Positions 1 through 9,174 of a DNA stretch of 18,890 bases are shown one piece after another; within the stretch, counting starts at the first letter, position 1; every line of letters starts with the position of its first letter. The stretch covers positions 45,787-64,676 of the forward strand of contig CAZJUB010000012.1 of the NCBI GenBank assembly GCA_964549075.1, given 5' to 3'. The notes below the pieces were generated by a model. It worked only from the letters and a program-made list of their open reading frames with translations. It did not search any database and had not been told where the DNA came from. The translations under genes and the position numbers were made by a program. Source of the DNA: an uncultured archaeon (GTDB taxonomy: Archaea > Asgardarchaeota > Heimdallarchaeia > Heimdallarchaeales > Heimdallarchaeaceae).

Positions 1-17
1 CTTCTAAGCAAAATTGC

Positions 18-1202
18 TTAGAATCCTTCTATTATTTCTCTTAAAATGGAGAAAGGACTATCAATCTCTTTAACAGAAACTTGTGCAAAGGTTTTGCTTC
101 CTCCTCCTTTTGTGTGAGTTTTAGAACTAAATCTATTAACAATCTCGTTTGCTGGTAAGGAGTCTATTGTTGAAAGCAAGTAAAGAATATCATTGTTTCC
201 AAGTAGTCCGAGAAAAGCATTTTGTTGAAGCTCTTTAGCTGAAGATTGAATAATTTGTCTATCTATCTCTTCCAGCTGTAAGAATGTGACTGATTGTCCA
301 TTTATTGTTTGACTCCAGTTATTAATTTCAGCAAAAATCATCCTCAGTAATTTCACATTACCCTGTATTAGCTCTTCTACATTCTTTATCTTATTTTCTA
401 CCATTTCTACAAGTTTTTTATCTCTCTTTTCAGTAATTTCTTCTAAATTAAGCATTAATTCTCTCTGATAATTAGCGAAATCAATTGCAGTTTTATCAAC
501 AAAATACTTTATGAAATCCCCTTTAACTGAATCTAATATAATTCCTCGGATTTCTGAAAGATTCTTAACATGAGTTCCACCGCAACCCACTAGATCATAA
601 CCTTCATCTGACCCTAATTGGATTAATCGGATGGTTTCCTCATGTGAGGTTTTCCCTCTAATTTTTGATTTATATTCTTTAGAATACGTCTCTTGATCAG
701 TAATAATAGAAACAACATCATCCCCTTGGTAAATTATTCTATTTGTTTCTTCAAAAGCTTTAATGATTTCTGAAAGATTGAGTTTTTTATCGACTTCAAT
801 CTCTACTCTTCCTTCATCAAAATTAGCTTTTAATGTAATGCAATTATATTTTTCAATAAGAACATGAGTGAGTAAGTGTTGAGATGAGTGTGCTTTCATA
901 AAGTTATATCTTCTCTCCCAATTGAGTTTTAAAGTAACTTCATCACCTATTGAAAAAGGAAAATCCTCTTTTATTTTTACTTTATGCCAAATACCTTGTT
1001 CATCTTTGTAAGTCTCTATAATGGGATATTCCTGCTCTAAATATTTCATATGACCTGTATCATAAAGCTGCCCTCCTCCTCCTGGGTAAAATATTGTTTT
1101 ATCAAATAGAATATCAGAATTTCTTATATCAACAATTTTTGTTTTAATTTCTTTTAGGTAAGGTGAATTCCAATATATCTGTTCAGAAGTTTCTTGATTC
1201 AT
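18..1202 (-). CDS. alaX: Alanyl-tRNA editing protein (AlaX family) with C-terminal DHHA1-like domain
   Basis: N-terminal FDKTIFYPGGGGQLYDTG motif, Zn-binding HSSQH (HxxxH) and CGGTH (CxxxH) editing motifs, C-terminal KGGGSKTFAQ typical of DHHA1. No aminoacylation domain. Confidence 0.9.
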   Translation of the reverse strand: MNQETSEQIYWNSPYLKEIKTKIVDIRNSDILFDKTIFYPGGGGQLYDTGHMKYLEQEYPIIETYKDEQGIWHKVKIKEDFPFSIGDEVTLKLNWERRYNFMKAHSSQHLLTHVLIEKYNCITLKANFDEGRVEIEVDKKLNLSEIIKAFEETNRIIYQGDDVVSIITDQETYSKEYKSKIRGKTSHEETIRLIQLGSDEGYDLVGCGGTHVKNLSEIRGIILDSVKGDFIKYFVDKTAIDFANYQRELMLNLEEITEKRDKKLVEMVENKIKNVEELIQGNVKLLRMIFAEINNWSQTINGQSVTFLQLEEIDRQIIQSSAKELQQNAFLGLLGNNDILYLLSTIDSLPANEIVNRFSSKTHTKGGGSKTFAQVSVKEIDSPFSILREIIEGF

Positions 1203-1266
1203 TGATAAAAGCTCTTTAATTTAATAAAAAAAGTTGTGATTGAAAAGAAGAAAAAGAAAGGAAAAA

Positions 1267-1872
1267 TTATTGTTTTTTCAGTTTTCCTCCACAGCTAGTG
1301 CAAAATTCATCAGTTATTTTATTTGTTGCACCACAATTAGTGCAAAAGACCTCATCTTTTGCTTTAGTTGGTTGTGTTGGTTGTGTTGGTTGCTGAATCG
1401 GTTGATAAGAAACATCTACATCTACCTGTTCTCCAGCTTTATCTTTCCATACTGCTTCCCCTATTGCTGATCCGATAGCTGCAAAACCTATGAAGAGAAG
1501 TGATGATACAATCATTACAACTATGAAAATTATACCAATTAATATGATTCCTATACCAGCAGCAAAACCTACAAATAAAGTGAAAATGTTCTCTGAAAAA
1601 GCTTCAGCGACAGTATTACCTGCTGCAAACATTATTACTCCAATTATTATCCCAAATATAGTAATCAAAGCAGAAATTATTGCTGATATCTTTACACCAT
1701 CGTTTTTATAAGCTAAGAATCCTAATACCATACCACCTATTACTGCTCCTAAAGCTGTAAAACCAAGTCCACCGTAATTATCACCAGTATTAGGAAAAAT
1801 TGCTAGTGGTACAAGTATTCCAAGACCTGCTACAACTCCTAATAAATCGAATAAAAACCTATTTCGTGCCAT
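1267..1872 (-). CDS. Membrane protein (about 4-5 TM helices) with C-terminal zinc ribbon
   Basis: Gly-rich hydrophobic segments, QPT-repeat linker, C-terminal CTNC-x10-CTSC. Confidence 0.8.
   Translation of the reverse strand: MARNRFLFDLLGVVAGLGILVPLAIFPNTGDNYGGLGFTALGAVIGGMVLGFLAYKNDGVKISAIISALITIFGIIIGVIMFAAGNTVAEAFSENIFTLFVGFAAGIGIILIGIIFIVVMIVSSLLFIGFAAIGSAIGEAVWKDKAGEQVDVDVSYQPIQQPTQPTQPTKAKDEVFCTNCGATNKITDEFCTSCGGKLKKQ
1368..1392. repeat. 9 bp tandem repeat (ttggttgtg, about 2.8 copies) encoding the QPT linker
   Basis: ttggttgtgttggttgtgttggttg on the + strand, translated as QPTQPTQPT on the - strand. Confidence 0.8.
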
Positions 1873-1994
1873 GAATAAATATGTAACATTTAAGTATATA
1901 TTTGTTTAGTAATGAAAAACTCTCCTAACTTTTACAAAAAGGCATTATTCCAAAAATTTTTAACAAAAAATAATGAATAATTGTTGAGAGAGCT

Positions 1995-3416
1995 ATGACA
2001 ACAAAACTTGAGAAATATTTTAACGCAAAATCGTTTTGCGTTGTAGGTGCATCGACAACTCCAAATAAACCTGGAAATGTCGTAGCATATAATTTTGTTA
2101 ATTATTTTCCTGGAAAGACTTATTTGGTCAATCCAAAAGGTGGAAAATTATTTGATACTAAACTGTACAAATCAGTTTTAGAAATTGAAGATCAGATTGA
2201 CGCAGCATGTATAATTGTACCAGCTAAATATGCTCCCCAAACATTAGAACAATGCGGTCAAAAAGGAGTAAAAAATGTTATAATCACAACTGGTGGTTTT
2301 AGTGAAGCGGGTGAAGAAGGACTAGAACTTCAAAAACAGATGCTCAATATTATGAAACAATATCAGATAAATGTTATTGGTCCAAACTGTCTAGGATTAT
2401 ACTCTCCTGCTTTAGGTTATGATACTATGTTCTTACCTGCAAGTAAATTGAAGCGACCATCTGCTGGTCCTGTATCTATCTTTACGCAAAGTGGCGCTTT
2501 TGGTGCAGCTTTTATAGATCAACTGTCCAGATTAGGTTCAGGAAAGTGGGTGTCCAAATTTGTGTCTTATGGAAATGCTAGCGACATAAATGAAAGCGAT
2601 GCTTTAGAATACGTTGGTGGAGATCCTGATACAAAAATGGTTCTCATCTATCTTGAGGATTTCAAAGATGGAAGAAGGTTTATGGAAAAAGCTAGAGAAA
2701 TATCCTTGAAGAAACCTATTATGGGGATTAAAGCTAATAGAACAGTAACAGGAGCAAAAGCTGGTGCTTCTCATACTGCAGCACTTTCATCTGACGATGT
2801 AATTGTTGATGATCTACTAGATGATGCGGGTATAATACGAGTAATAACTTGGGATCAATTAGAGGATTGCGTTTTAGCTTTTGGGACACAACCCTTGCCT
2901 TTAGGTGATAGAGTTGCTATAGTTACCGATGGTGGAGGAGCAGGTGTTATGGCTTCTGATATGGTTTCTGATTGCAATCTCAAATTAGCACAATTCTCAG
3001 CTGATGTTCAAATTAAATTAGATCAGACTTTTCCATCGTTTTATGCTACCGGGAATCCAGTCGATATTACAGGCAGTGCTACAGCTGAAGATTATAGGAT
3101 TGCTCTTGAGGCAGCATATAATGATCCTCAAGTTGATTCTGTAGTTAATATTTGCATACCTGTAATTCCAGATTTAGATATTCAAGAATATATAGCGATT
3201 ACAAAGGAAATAGCTCATAGAAAAGAAAAACCTTTTGTCACATCTCTTGTAGGTGGTGAGGAAGCCGATTTTGCTACTTCTGAATTGCTCGAGGAAGACA
3301 TTCCTGTATTTTCAAGTCCAGGAAGAGCAGTAAGGGCTCTTGGAATGCTTACAGATTATACGAAATATCTTAAGAAACGAGGGATAGATCCTCATACAAT
3401 TATGGTGGAGGAATAG
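1995..3416 (+). CDS. acdA: Acetate/acyl-CoA ligase (ADP-forming) alpha subunit
   Basis: CoA-binding domain (VVGAS..., VNPKGG), IGPNCLG, TQSGAFG, phospho-His motif GASHTAAL, TDGGGAGV, NPVD. Confidence 0.92.
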   Translation: MTTKLEKYFNAKSFCVVGASTTPNKPGNVVAYNFVNYFPGKTYLVNPKGGKLFDTKLYKSVLEIEDQIDAACIIVPAKYAPQTLEQCGQKGVKNVIITTGGFSEAGEEGLELQKQMLNIMKQYQINVIGPNCLGLYSPALGYDTMFLPASKLKRPSAGPVSIFTQSGAFGAAFIDQLSRLGSGKWVSKFVSYGNASDINESDALEYVGGDPDTKMVLIYLEDFKDGRRFMEKAREISLKKPIMGIKANRTVTGAKAGASHTAALSSDDVIVDDLLDDAGIIRVITWDQLEDCVLAFGTQPLPLGDRVAIVTDGGGAGVMASDMVSDCNLKLAQFSADVQIKLDQTFPSFYATGNPVDITGSATAEDYRIALEAAYNDPQVDSVVNICIPVIPDLDIQEYIAITKEIAHRKEKPFVTSLVGGEEADFATSELLEEDIPVFSSPGRAVRALGMLTDYTKYLKKRGIDPHTIMVEE

Positions 3417-3418
3417 GA

Positions 3419-4105
3419 ATGAACGAAATAAAAACCATCATTCAAAAAGTAAGATTAGCAAATAGAACAGCTCTTCTAGAACATGAAGCTAAAATTGTTT
3501 TAAAAGAAATGGGGATCAATGTACCTCCTTCTATTCTCGCACATGATGCAGAAGAAGCAGTGAAAGCTGCGGATTCATTTGGTTATCCAATTGTGATGAA
3601 GTTAATGTCTCAAGATGTACTTCATAAAACTGATGCCAAAGCTGTAATTGTCGATCTAAAAACCTCAGATGATATTAGACATACTTTCCAAGATTTTATG
3701 CATAGGTTCGAGAACGTCAAAATAGAAGGTGTTCTAGTAGAAAAAATGGTCGATAAAGGTATAGAATTGATAATCGGTACTAATACTGATGATGACTTCG
3801 GACCAGTAATATTGTTTGGTATCGGTGGTGTGCTAGTTGAAGCTATTAAGGATGTAGTCTTTAGAATGTGTCCAACAACTAAAGAACAATCTCTTGAAGC
3901 AATAAATGAAATAAAAGCTAAAGTGCTTCTAGAAGGTTTCCGTGGACTTCCTACAGTAGATAAAGACGCTTTGGCAGATTTAATAGTTCAACTATCCAAA
4001 CTTGCTTGGGAATATAAAGATGATATCTTAGAAATGGATATCAACCCAGTTATTGCAAATAGTTCAGGGCTTTATCCTGTTGATGCTAGAATTATCCTGA
4101 AATAG
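3419..4105 (+). CDS. acdB: Acetate/acyl-CoA ligase (ADP-forming) beta subunit, ATP-grasp
   Basis: GYPIVMK, HKTD, ELIIG...FGPVILFGIGG, EMDINPV, DAR motifs. Starts 2 nt after acdA. Confidence 0.92.
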   Translation: MNEIKTIIQKVRLANRTALLEHEAKIVLKEMGINVPPSILAHDAEEAVKAADSFGYPIVMKLMSQDVLHKTDAKAVIVDLKTSDDIRHTFQDFMHRFENVKIEGVLVEKMVDKGIELIIGTNTDDDFGPVILFGIGGVLVEAIKDVVFRMCPTTKEQSLEAINEIKAKVLLEGFRGLPTVDKDALADLIVQLSKLAWEYKDDILEMDINPVIANSSGLYPVDARIILK

Positions 4106-4108
4106 CTT

Positions 4109-4142
4109 ACTATTTTTTATTTTTTTTTCTAATAAAAATAGT
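4109..4142. terminator. Putative bidirectional terminator between convergent genes
   Basis: 9 bp inverted repeat actattttt (4109-4117) / aaaaatagt (4134-4142) with long T tracts, in the 38 bp gap between two convergent stop codons. Confidence 0.55.
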
Positions 4143-4143
4143 G

Positions 4144-6363
4144 TTAGAGTTCTTCCCAATGTTCCTCAAATTCTATCTCTTCTTCCTTTTCTTTAGAAGT
4201 TGTTCTCATGTCAAGTTCAACAAGTGTTCTCTTGATTGTTTCAAGTACTTGTGAATCATCTTCATAGTGTTGTGAATCTATTATTCGTTTGTAAATACTT
4301 TCAGGAATATTTTCAACATATCTCAGACCATAAGCTACGAAGTTTCTAACTTTTGGATTATGATCATTTTCTAAAATATTAACCAATCTTTCTATAGTTT
4401 CTTGATCTCTAAGATACAAAAGACACATTGCTGCTGTTGCTCTTTCTGCTGGATATTTACTATCCAACATTGAAATTAGCTTTTGGTTTGTTTGAACAGA
4501 GTCATTTCTTTTTGTGAGTATTAGTGCTAACCAAATACGAATAAAATGTGGTGATTTATCGAAATTTTCCTCAATTTTATTTATGTCCACTTCTTTTCTT
4601 AAAACTAGTTCTTTTAATGCAGTATCAGTGTTATCACCAGCTAAAGTAAGTAGAAGCGTTCCTAATTTATCTTTATTAAATAATGGTAAAATAATCATAG
4701 GTACAAAAAATACTGCTATTAATGGATATAACCCTACTTCGTTATAAACAAGTTTGTTAATTACTTCAAAGAAGTAAAGCACTCCTCCTATTAAACCAAC
4801 AATTTTGAGAGGATAATGATATTTGAATCTTCCTCGAGGTATTGGATTTTTAACGAAAAAGAAAGAGATTGCAAAAGCTACAACTCCAACAGATATGGGT
4901 GCTGCAGTGTAAAGAAAAAGCACCTCTCCAGCTGAAGTCTGACTTGTTATTGCAGTTGTAAGGTACATTATAATAAAATAGACAAGTACAGGAATTCCAG
5001 TTGAAAGAGTTAATATGGTGATTCTCTTTCTACGTAATTTTCCTTCCAGAAAGGAAGATTGTTTTCTGAGAGAAGGTACCACTGGTTCAGTCATTTGCAG
5101 TGTTGCTTGTGTCATACCTTTCATTAGGTTTGTATAACTCTCAGCTCCGTATCTCTTTGTAATAAAAGAATTTACTAGACCAACAAGAACAACGAAAATA
5201 ATCAATGAGAATATAATACTTAGTAGTTGAAAGAGGAATTGAATTATTATTTCTATTACTAGAACCACAATAAAGAAAGCTAGAAGTGCAAGACCTTGTT
5301 TTTTCAAGGTTTTCCAAGATTTCTTAAAGAAACTGATTGTATCTTTATAAAACAGAACTGGATAAGCTATCATTGAATACATACCAACAAGTTGTATTGT
5401 TTGTAATGTTTTAATCAAGGTAGCAGAAGTTTGTGATACACTTGGAAAATTATATTTCATGATAATTAATAATTCGAAAACATTTGATGAATCATATCCA
5501 AAACCAAATCCTAGAAAAAGAAGAATTAGCGCAAGTTCTATTCTTCTACTCAGATGATAAACAAGTATTATAACTAATGAGGTAACCATGAAATAAAAAA
5601 GATCCGTAAGAAAAGGGAGTAATAAACTGTAAGATTTTTGTTGAAAGGCTCCAACTAAATATTGAGGAATTGAGAATTGAGATAGTTGATAAAACATTAA
5701 TAACATTGCAGAAGTAGTAACTGCTACTCCCTCAAAGGTTCTGACTTTTCTATTTATTGAATACATGATACCAGCATATAATAAAGCAAAAACTGCTACT
5801 GATAGAAGAATTGCCATCATATAGATGATGTAATCATTAAAGGACCATTGAATTGTTGGAGTTTGTGATCCATTTCCTGAACTTCCCTGATCAATTGGAG
5901 ATACAACACCTGCGATACTATTAGCAGCAGGTTGAAGATATTTAGTATAGATATTTGACATACCTAAAATAAATGCAAAACCAAAAAATGATATTTTAAG
6001 TATATTTAATTTATTCCCAGCAATTTTCTTTGGTGAATTTAATTTTATTCCAAGTTTGATTATATAATAAACACTCAACGCGATAACCGCTAATATCGTT
6101 CCAACAGAAACAAGTGTGATTGGAGTCAAGGATGTAACTTGTCCACCAGCAAGAAACAAATCATGGAAAACATTAAATCCTAAGATGAAACCAATAATTA
6201 TTGCTAAAAGAATTCCTAATAATTGACCACCAAATTGAACTGTCCAGTCCATGAAGATAAGGTCTCTTGCAAGGATAACGCTAAAAGGTTGAAAATCTTC
6301 TTCTTCAACATTCTTTTCCTTAGTTTTATTATCTTCATTTTTTTTGGTCTCTTTATTGCTCAT
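4144..6363 (-). CDS. Large polytopic membrane protein with C-terminal HEAT-like repeats
   Basis: About 15 or more hydrophobic helices. C-terminal LISMLDSKYPAERATAAMCL and LVNILENDHNPKVRNFVAYGL match the HEAT/PBS-lyase repeat pattern. Confidence 0.75.
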   Translation of the reverse strand: MSNKETKKNEDNKTKEKNVEEEDFQPFSVILARDLIFMDWTVQFGGQLLGILLAIIIGFILGFNVFHDLFLAGGQVTSLTPITLVSVGTILAVIALSVYYIIKLGIKLNSPKKIAGNKLNILKISFFGFAFILGMSNIYTKYLQPAANSIAGVVSPIDQGSSGNGSQTPTIQWSFNDYIIYMMAILLSVAVFALLYAGIMYSINRKVRTFEGVAVTTSAMLLMFYQLSQFSIPQYLVGAFQQKSYSLLLPFLTDLFYFMVTSLVIILVYHLSRRIELALILLFLGFGFGYDSSNVFELLIIMKYNFPSVSQTSATLIKTLQTIQLVGMYSMIAYPVLFYKDTISFFKKSWKTLKKQGLALLAFFIVVLVIEIIIQFLFQLLSIIFSLIIFVVLVGLVNSFITKRYGAESYTNLMKGMTQATLQMTEPVVPSLRKQSSFLEGKLRRKRITILTLSTGIPVLVYFIIMYLTTAITSQTSAGEVLFLYTAAPISVGVVAFAISFFFVKNPIPRGRFKYHYPLKIVGLIGGVLYFFEVINKLVYNEVGLYPLIAVFFVPMIILPLFNKDKLGTLLLTLAGDNTDTALKELVLRKEVDINKIEENFDKSPHFIRIWLALILTKRNDSVQTNQKLISMLDSKYPAERATAAMCLLYLRDQETIERLVNILENDHNPKVRNFVAYGLRYVENIPESIYKRIIDSQHYEDDSQVLETIKRTLVELDMRTTSKEKEEEIEFEEHWEEL

Positions 6364-6365
6364 AT

Positions 6366-6821
6366 TTAAACCTCAATATCACTTAGAATCACATCAAATC
6401 TTCTTCTTCGTCTCCTAGTATATCTTCTGATCCGTTTTCCGATGAAATAGAAAATTACAAGAACAATACCAACAGCTATTGCAATACCTGTGTAAATTAC
6501 ATTATAATTCCTACCTATTTTGATGAAAAACTGATAATTATTATCATATTCAATAAGTTCATAAATTTGACCAGCTGCATCAACTGCAATCGACACATTC
6601 CATATTTTCACTCCAAATCCTTGGAATTCCTCAAATTGCAAATCAACCGTTTGTCCTACATCTAAACTATCAACTTGCTTGATTAGCTTAATCGAATCAT
6701 TTAACGCAAGGGTAACCAAGAAAGGAGCAGAGAGAATTGAGCCGTTATTCTGAACTGTGAAATCAATCTGCAAGTTTCTAAATTCGGTTGCATTTTCAGG
6801 ACTAACAACTATTTTTTTCAA
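6366..6821 (-). CDS. CARDB (Ig-like) domain plus TM anchor and basic tail; probably the 3' part of a split gene
   Basis: FTVQNNG...VDAAGQIYELIEYDNN CARDB signature, TM helix, then an Arg run. TTG start and no signal peptide. In-frame PNIYL upstream of the TTG looks like the real domain start. Confidence 0.7.
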   Translation of the reverse strand: MKKIVVSPENATEFRNLQIDFTVQNNGSILSAPFLVTLALNDSIKLIKQVDSLDVGQTVDLQFEEFQGFGVKIWNVSIAVDAAGQIYELIEYDNNYQFFIKIGRNYNVIYTGIAIAVGIVLVIFYFIGKRIRRYTRRRRRRFDVILSDIEV

Positions 6822-6875
6822 ATATATGTTAGGAAAAAGAAAACAATAGTAAATATATTATTTATTATAATTATA

Positions 6876-8231
6876 TTAATATAAATAAGAGATAAAGTTC
6901 AAAGGATACAGGACATTAGCTGAACTATTCCAATATACGTTCTCTGGAGCAGATGTAATCATGTTACAGAAGAAGAATTTTGTCCCTACAATCCCAATAG
7001 TGTAGTTAGAATAATAAGTAAGCATACTACCTTCTCCTCTAGTTATTAATCCTGCTTCATCATAAATTAACGTCCCATTCTCTTCCAAGTACATCGGGAG
7101 GATTTCAGCTCCATCATCTAATACAATTACATCTAATCTTTGATTTGAATAAACTAAAGACGAATAGAAAATTTCTCCATAAAGCATACCTATTGATGAA
7201 ATATACTGTATACCTGCTTTATGTGCTACTCCATTAATAGTGTAGTTATATAAAATAGATAAAGAGAAATTGGCATTAATGAAGGAAATATTATAAAAAT
7301 AATCTCCGACTGGTATTAGATCGTTTGTTAATGTTGCAGTACCATTGTTTGGAAGAGTTATAAAATTAGTATACTCTGAATCTGTTTGATAAACAGCATT
7401 TCCACCTTCTCCAAGAGTAGAAAGTGTAATTTCAGCGTCCCCTTCAAGTAATGGTATAGAATCTGTGTCTGGAGGAGGGTGGGTGTAATATTGAGTTCCC
7501 CAAAGAAAATGGGGGATTCCAGTAAATGCAAAAGATCCTTCGTTATCAGTTAAAGAGTAAAAAACTACTCCTATTGGACCAGAACCTCGGATAATGGAAC
7601 CTGCCATTACATCTATATCTGTTGTTTGACCAACAAAATCTATCTTTCCTGTTTGAACTGATTCTCCAGGTGTGTATACTGAAAATTCAGAGTTATTAAA
7701 TCCTGCAATAATCTTTGCTTTCATATTGTCGTATGGACACTGATATTCAGCTCCCCACATAGACATTACTAAGGGAGAATATGAAAAAGTATCATCTGAA
7801 ATACTTTCAGAGAGATGATACACGTTGATTTGTAAAGGAACAAATGTTTGGATTAGAGAGCCATTTACCATGTTTGTTTCGATTGAAGAATCAAGGATAA
7901 GCGTTTGATTTGCATTTAGATAAACTGTTTTATCATGGGCTATGGGATCAAAATCAAAGATTATAGGAACTTGATCATAAAAAGTACTTATCTCTACTAT
8001 AGTCGGTCCAAATGGTCCCGATGTAAACAATAATGGTAATCTATAATTGAGATATAAACCTCCTGCTGCGCTACCCCCTCCAGTATCTTCTCCACCACCT
8101 GGCGGTGGAACCTCACCAGAACTAGGACTACCAGCATAAATGTAATTAACAGTATATGTTGTTCTAACAGATAGAGGATTAATTAAAAACATCAAAAAAA
8201 TGAATGACGCTGTCAAAATTCGTGTATTCAT
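6876..8231 (-). CDS. Secreted beta-rich protein, IgGFc-binding-protein N-terminal-like; probably the 5' part of a split gene
   Basis: Signal peptide, Gly/Pro linker, repeated P-x-WG-x-[EQ]Y motifs (PLVMSMWGAEY, GPIGVV...PHFLWGTQYY), many N-x-S/T sequons. ATGA overlap with the DUF58 gene. Confidence 0.6.
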   Translation of the reverse strand: MNTRILTASFIFLMFLINPLSVRTTYTVNYIYAGSPSSGEVPPPGGGEDTGGGSAAGGLYLNYRLPLLFTSGPFGPTIVEISTFYDQVPIIFDFDPIAHDKTVYLNANQTLILDSSIETNMVNGSLIQTFVPLQINVYHLSESISDDTFSYSPLVMSMWGAEYQCPYDNMKAKIIAGFNNSEFSVYTPGESVQTGKIDFVGQTTDIDVMAGSIIRGSGPIGVVFYSLTDNEGSFAFTGIPHFLWGTQYYTHPPPDTDSIPLLEGDAEITLSTLGEGGNAVYQTDSEYTNFITLPNNGTATLTNDLIPVGDYFYNISFINANFSLSILYNYTINGVAHKAGIQYISSIGMLYGEIFYSSLVYSNQRLDVIVLDDGAEILPMYLEENGTLIYDEAGLITRGEGSMLTYYSNYTIGIVGTKFFFCNMITSAPENVYWNSSANVLYPLNFISYLY

Positions 8232-9169
8232 CTTACCCTTCCCCTTCTTTTAGAACCAAAATATATTAAAAGTAACTTTTCCATCAGAACAGTTGTTGGG
8301 GCATCTATCACATCTATATTTAAGCCAACAACCTTCCTCTTGAATTCATTTATTTCTTTTATTTGTAAACCTAATTCATACATGAACATACCACGTTCAA
8401 GCAAATTACTAAAATTAACAGCTAATATCTCTTCAGTTTCAGGATCTTGGAATTTAACTTGTCGTGGATTTTTTGGGAATAGAAACTCTTCTGGATCGTG
8501 TATGTGAATTAACTTAACATCATGTCGTTTTACATTTGCTGCTCTGAAACCATCTAAAGCTTTCTCAAGATTCCCATGGAGATCTGTAAGTATGATTATA
8601 ATTGCTCTTCGTTTCTGAGCTAGAGCTATCTCTCTAACACATTCACCTATATCAGTGTAACCTAGTGGAGCGACTTTTAACATTTCGTTAAATATAGTAT
8701 ATAAGTGAATTTTACCTCCTCTTGGTGGTATATATTTGTGCACTTTATCAGAGAATGATACCCAACCAAAATTATCACGATTATTCATGACTGTATAAGC
8801 AAGAGTAGCAATTGCCTCTACAGCCATTTTTATTCTAGGAGTTGGCTCTCCTAAAAGCATTGAATAACTGGTATCTAACATTAAAATTACATTGGTGTTC
8901 CTTTCTTGTTCATAATCTCTTACAATTAGTTTATTTGGTATTTTTGCAGAAGCATTCCAATCTATAAATCGGAGATCATCTCCTTCAGTATACTCTCTCA
9001 AATCAGAAAATTCTGTTCCTGGACCGCGAAATATAGATCTTCTGTTCCCTTGTAAAAAGCTTGTAGACTTCTCCTTAGCAAGAATTTCAAGTTTCTTCAG
9101 CTTCTTCAGAGGTATTTTTCCACTTTCTTTCTTGTCCTTAACAGATTTAGGAGCTTCTACAATTGTCAT
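8228..9169 (-). CDS. DUF58 family protein (VWA-like, MoxR-associated)
   Basis: GPGTEFSDLREYTEGDDLRFIDWNASAK...VRDYEQER signature; MIDAS DTSYS...T...TD. Confidence 0.93.
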   Translation of the reverse strand: MTIVEAPKSVKDKKESGKIPLKKLKKLEILAKEKSTSFLQGNRRSIFRGPGTEFSDLREYTEGDDLRFIDWNASAKIPNKLIVRDYEQERNTNVILMLDTSYSMLLGEPTPRIKMAVEAIATLAYTVMNNRDNFGWVSFSDKVHKYIPPRGGKIHLYTIFNEMLKVAPLGYTDIGECVREIALAQKRRAIIIILTDLHGNLEKALDGFRAANVKRHDVKLIHIHDPEEFLFPKNPRQVKFQDPETEEILAVNFSNLLERGMFMYELGLQIKEINEFKRKVVGLNIDVIDAPTTVLMEKLLLIYFGSKRRGRVR

Positions 9170-9174
9170 TTTTT

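Noticed and set aside
1240-1711. ORFs 1240-1470 and 1490-1711 (+)
   Set aside because: Antisense shadows of the zinc-ribbon membrane gene with no recognisable motifs.
1881-1889. ATGTAACAT dyad similar to ATGTAATTACAT
   Set aside because: Too short, with different spacing; expected by chance in AT-rich DNA.
8084-8130. Locally GC-rich patch
   Set aside because: Explained by the Gly/Pro-rich linker codons; not an RNA gene.
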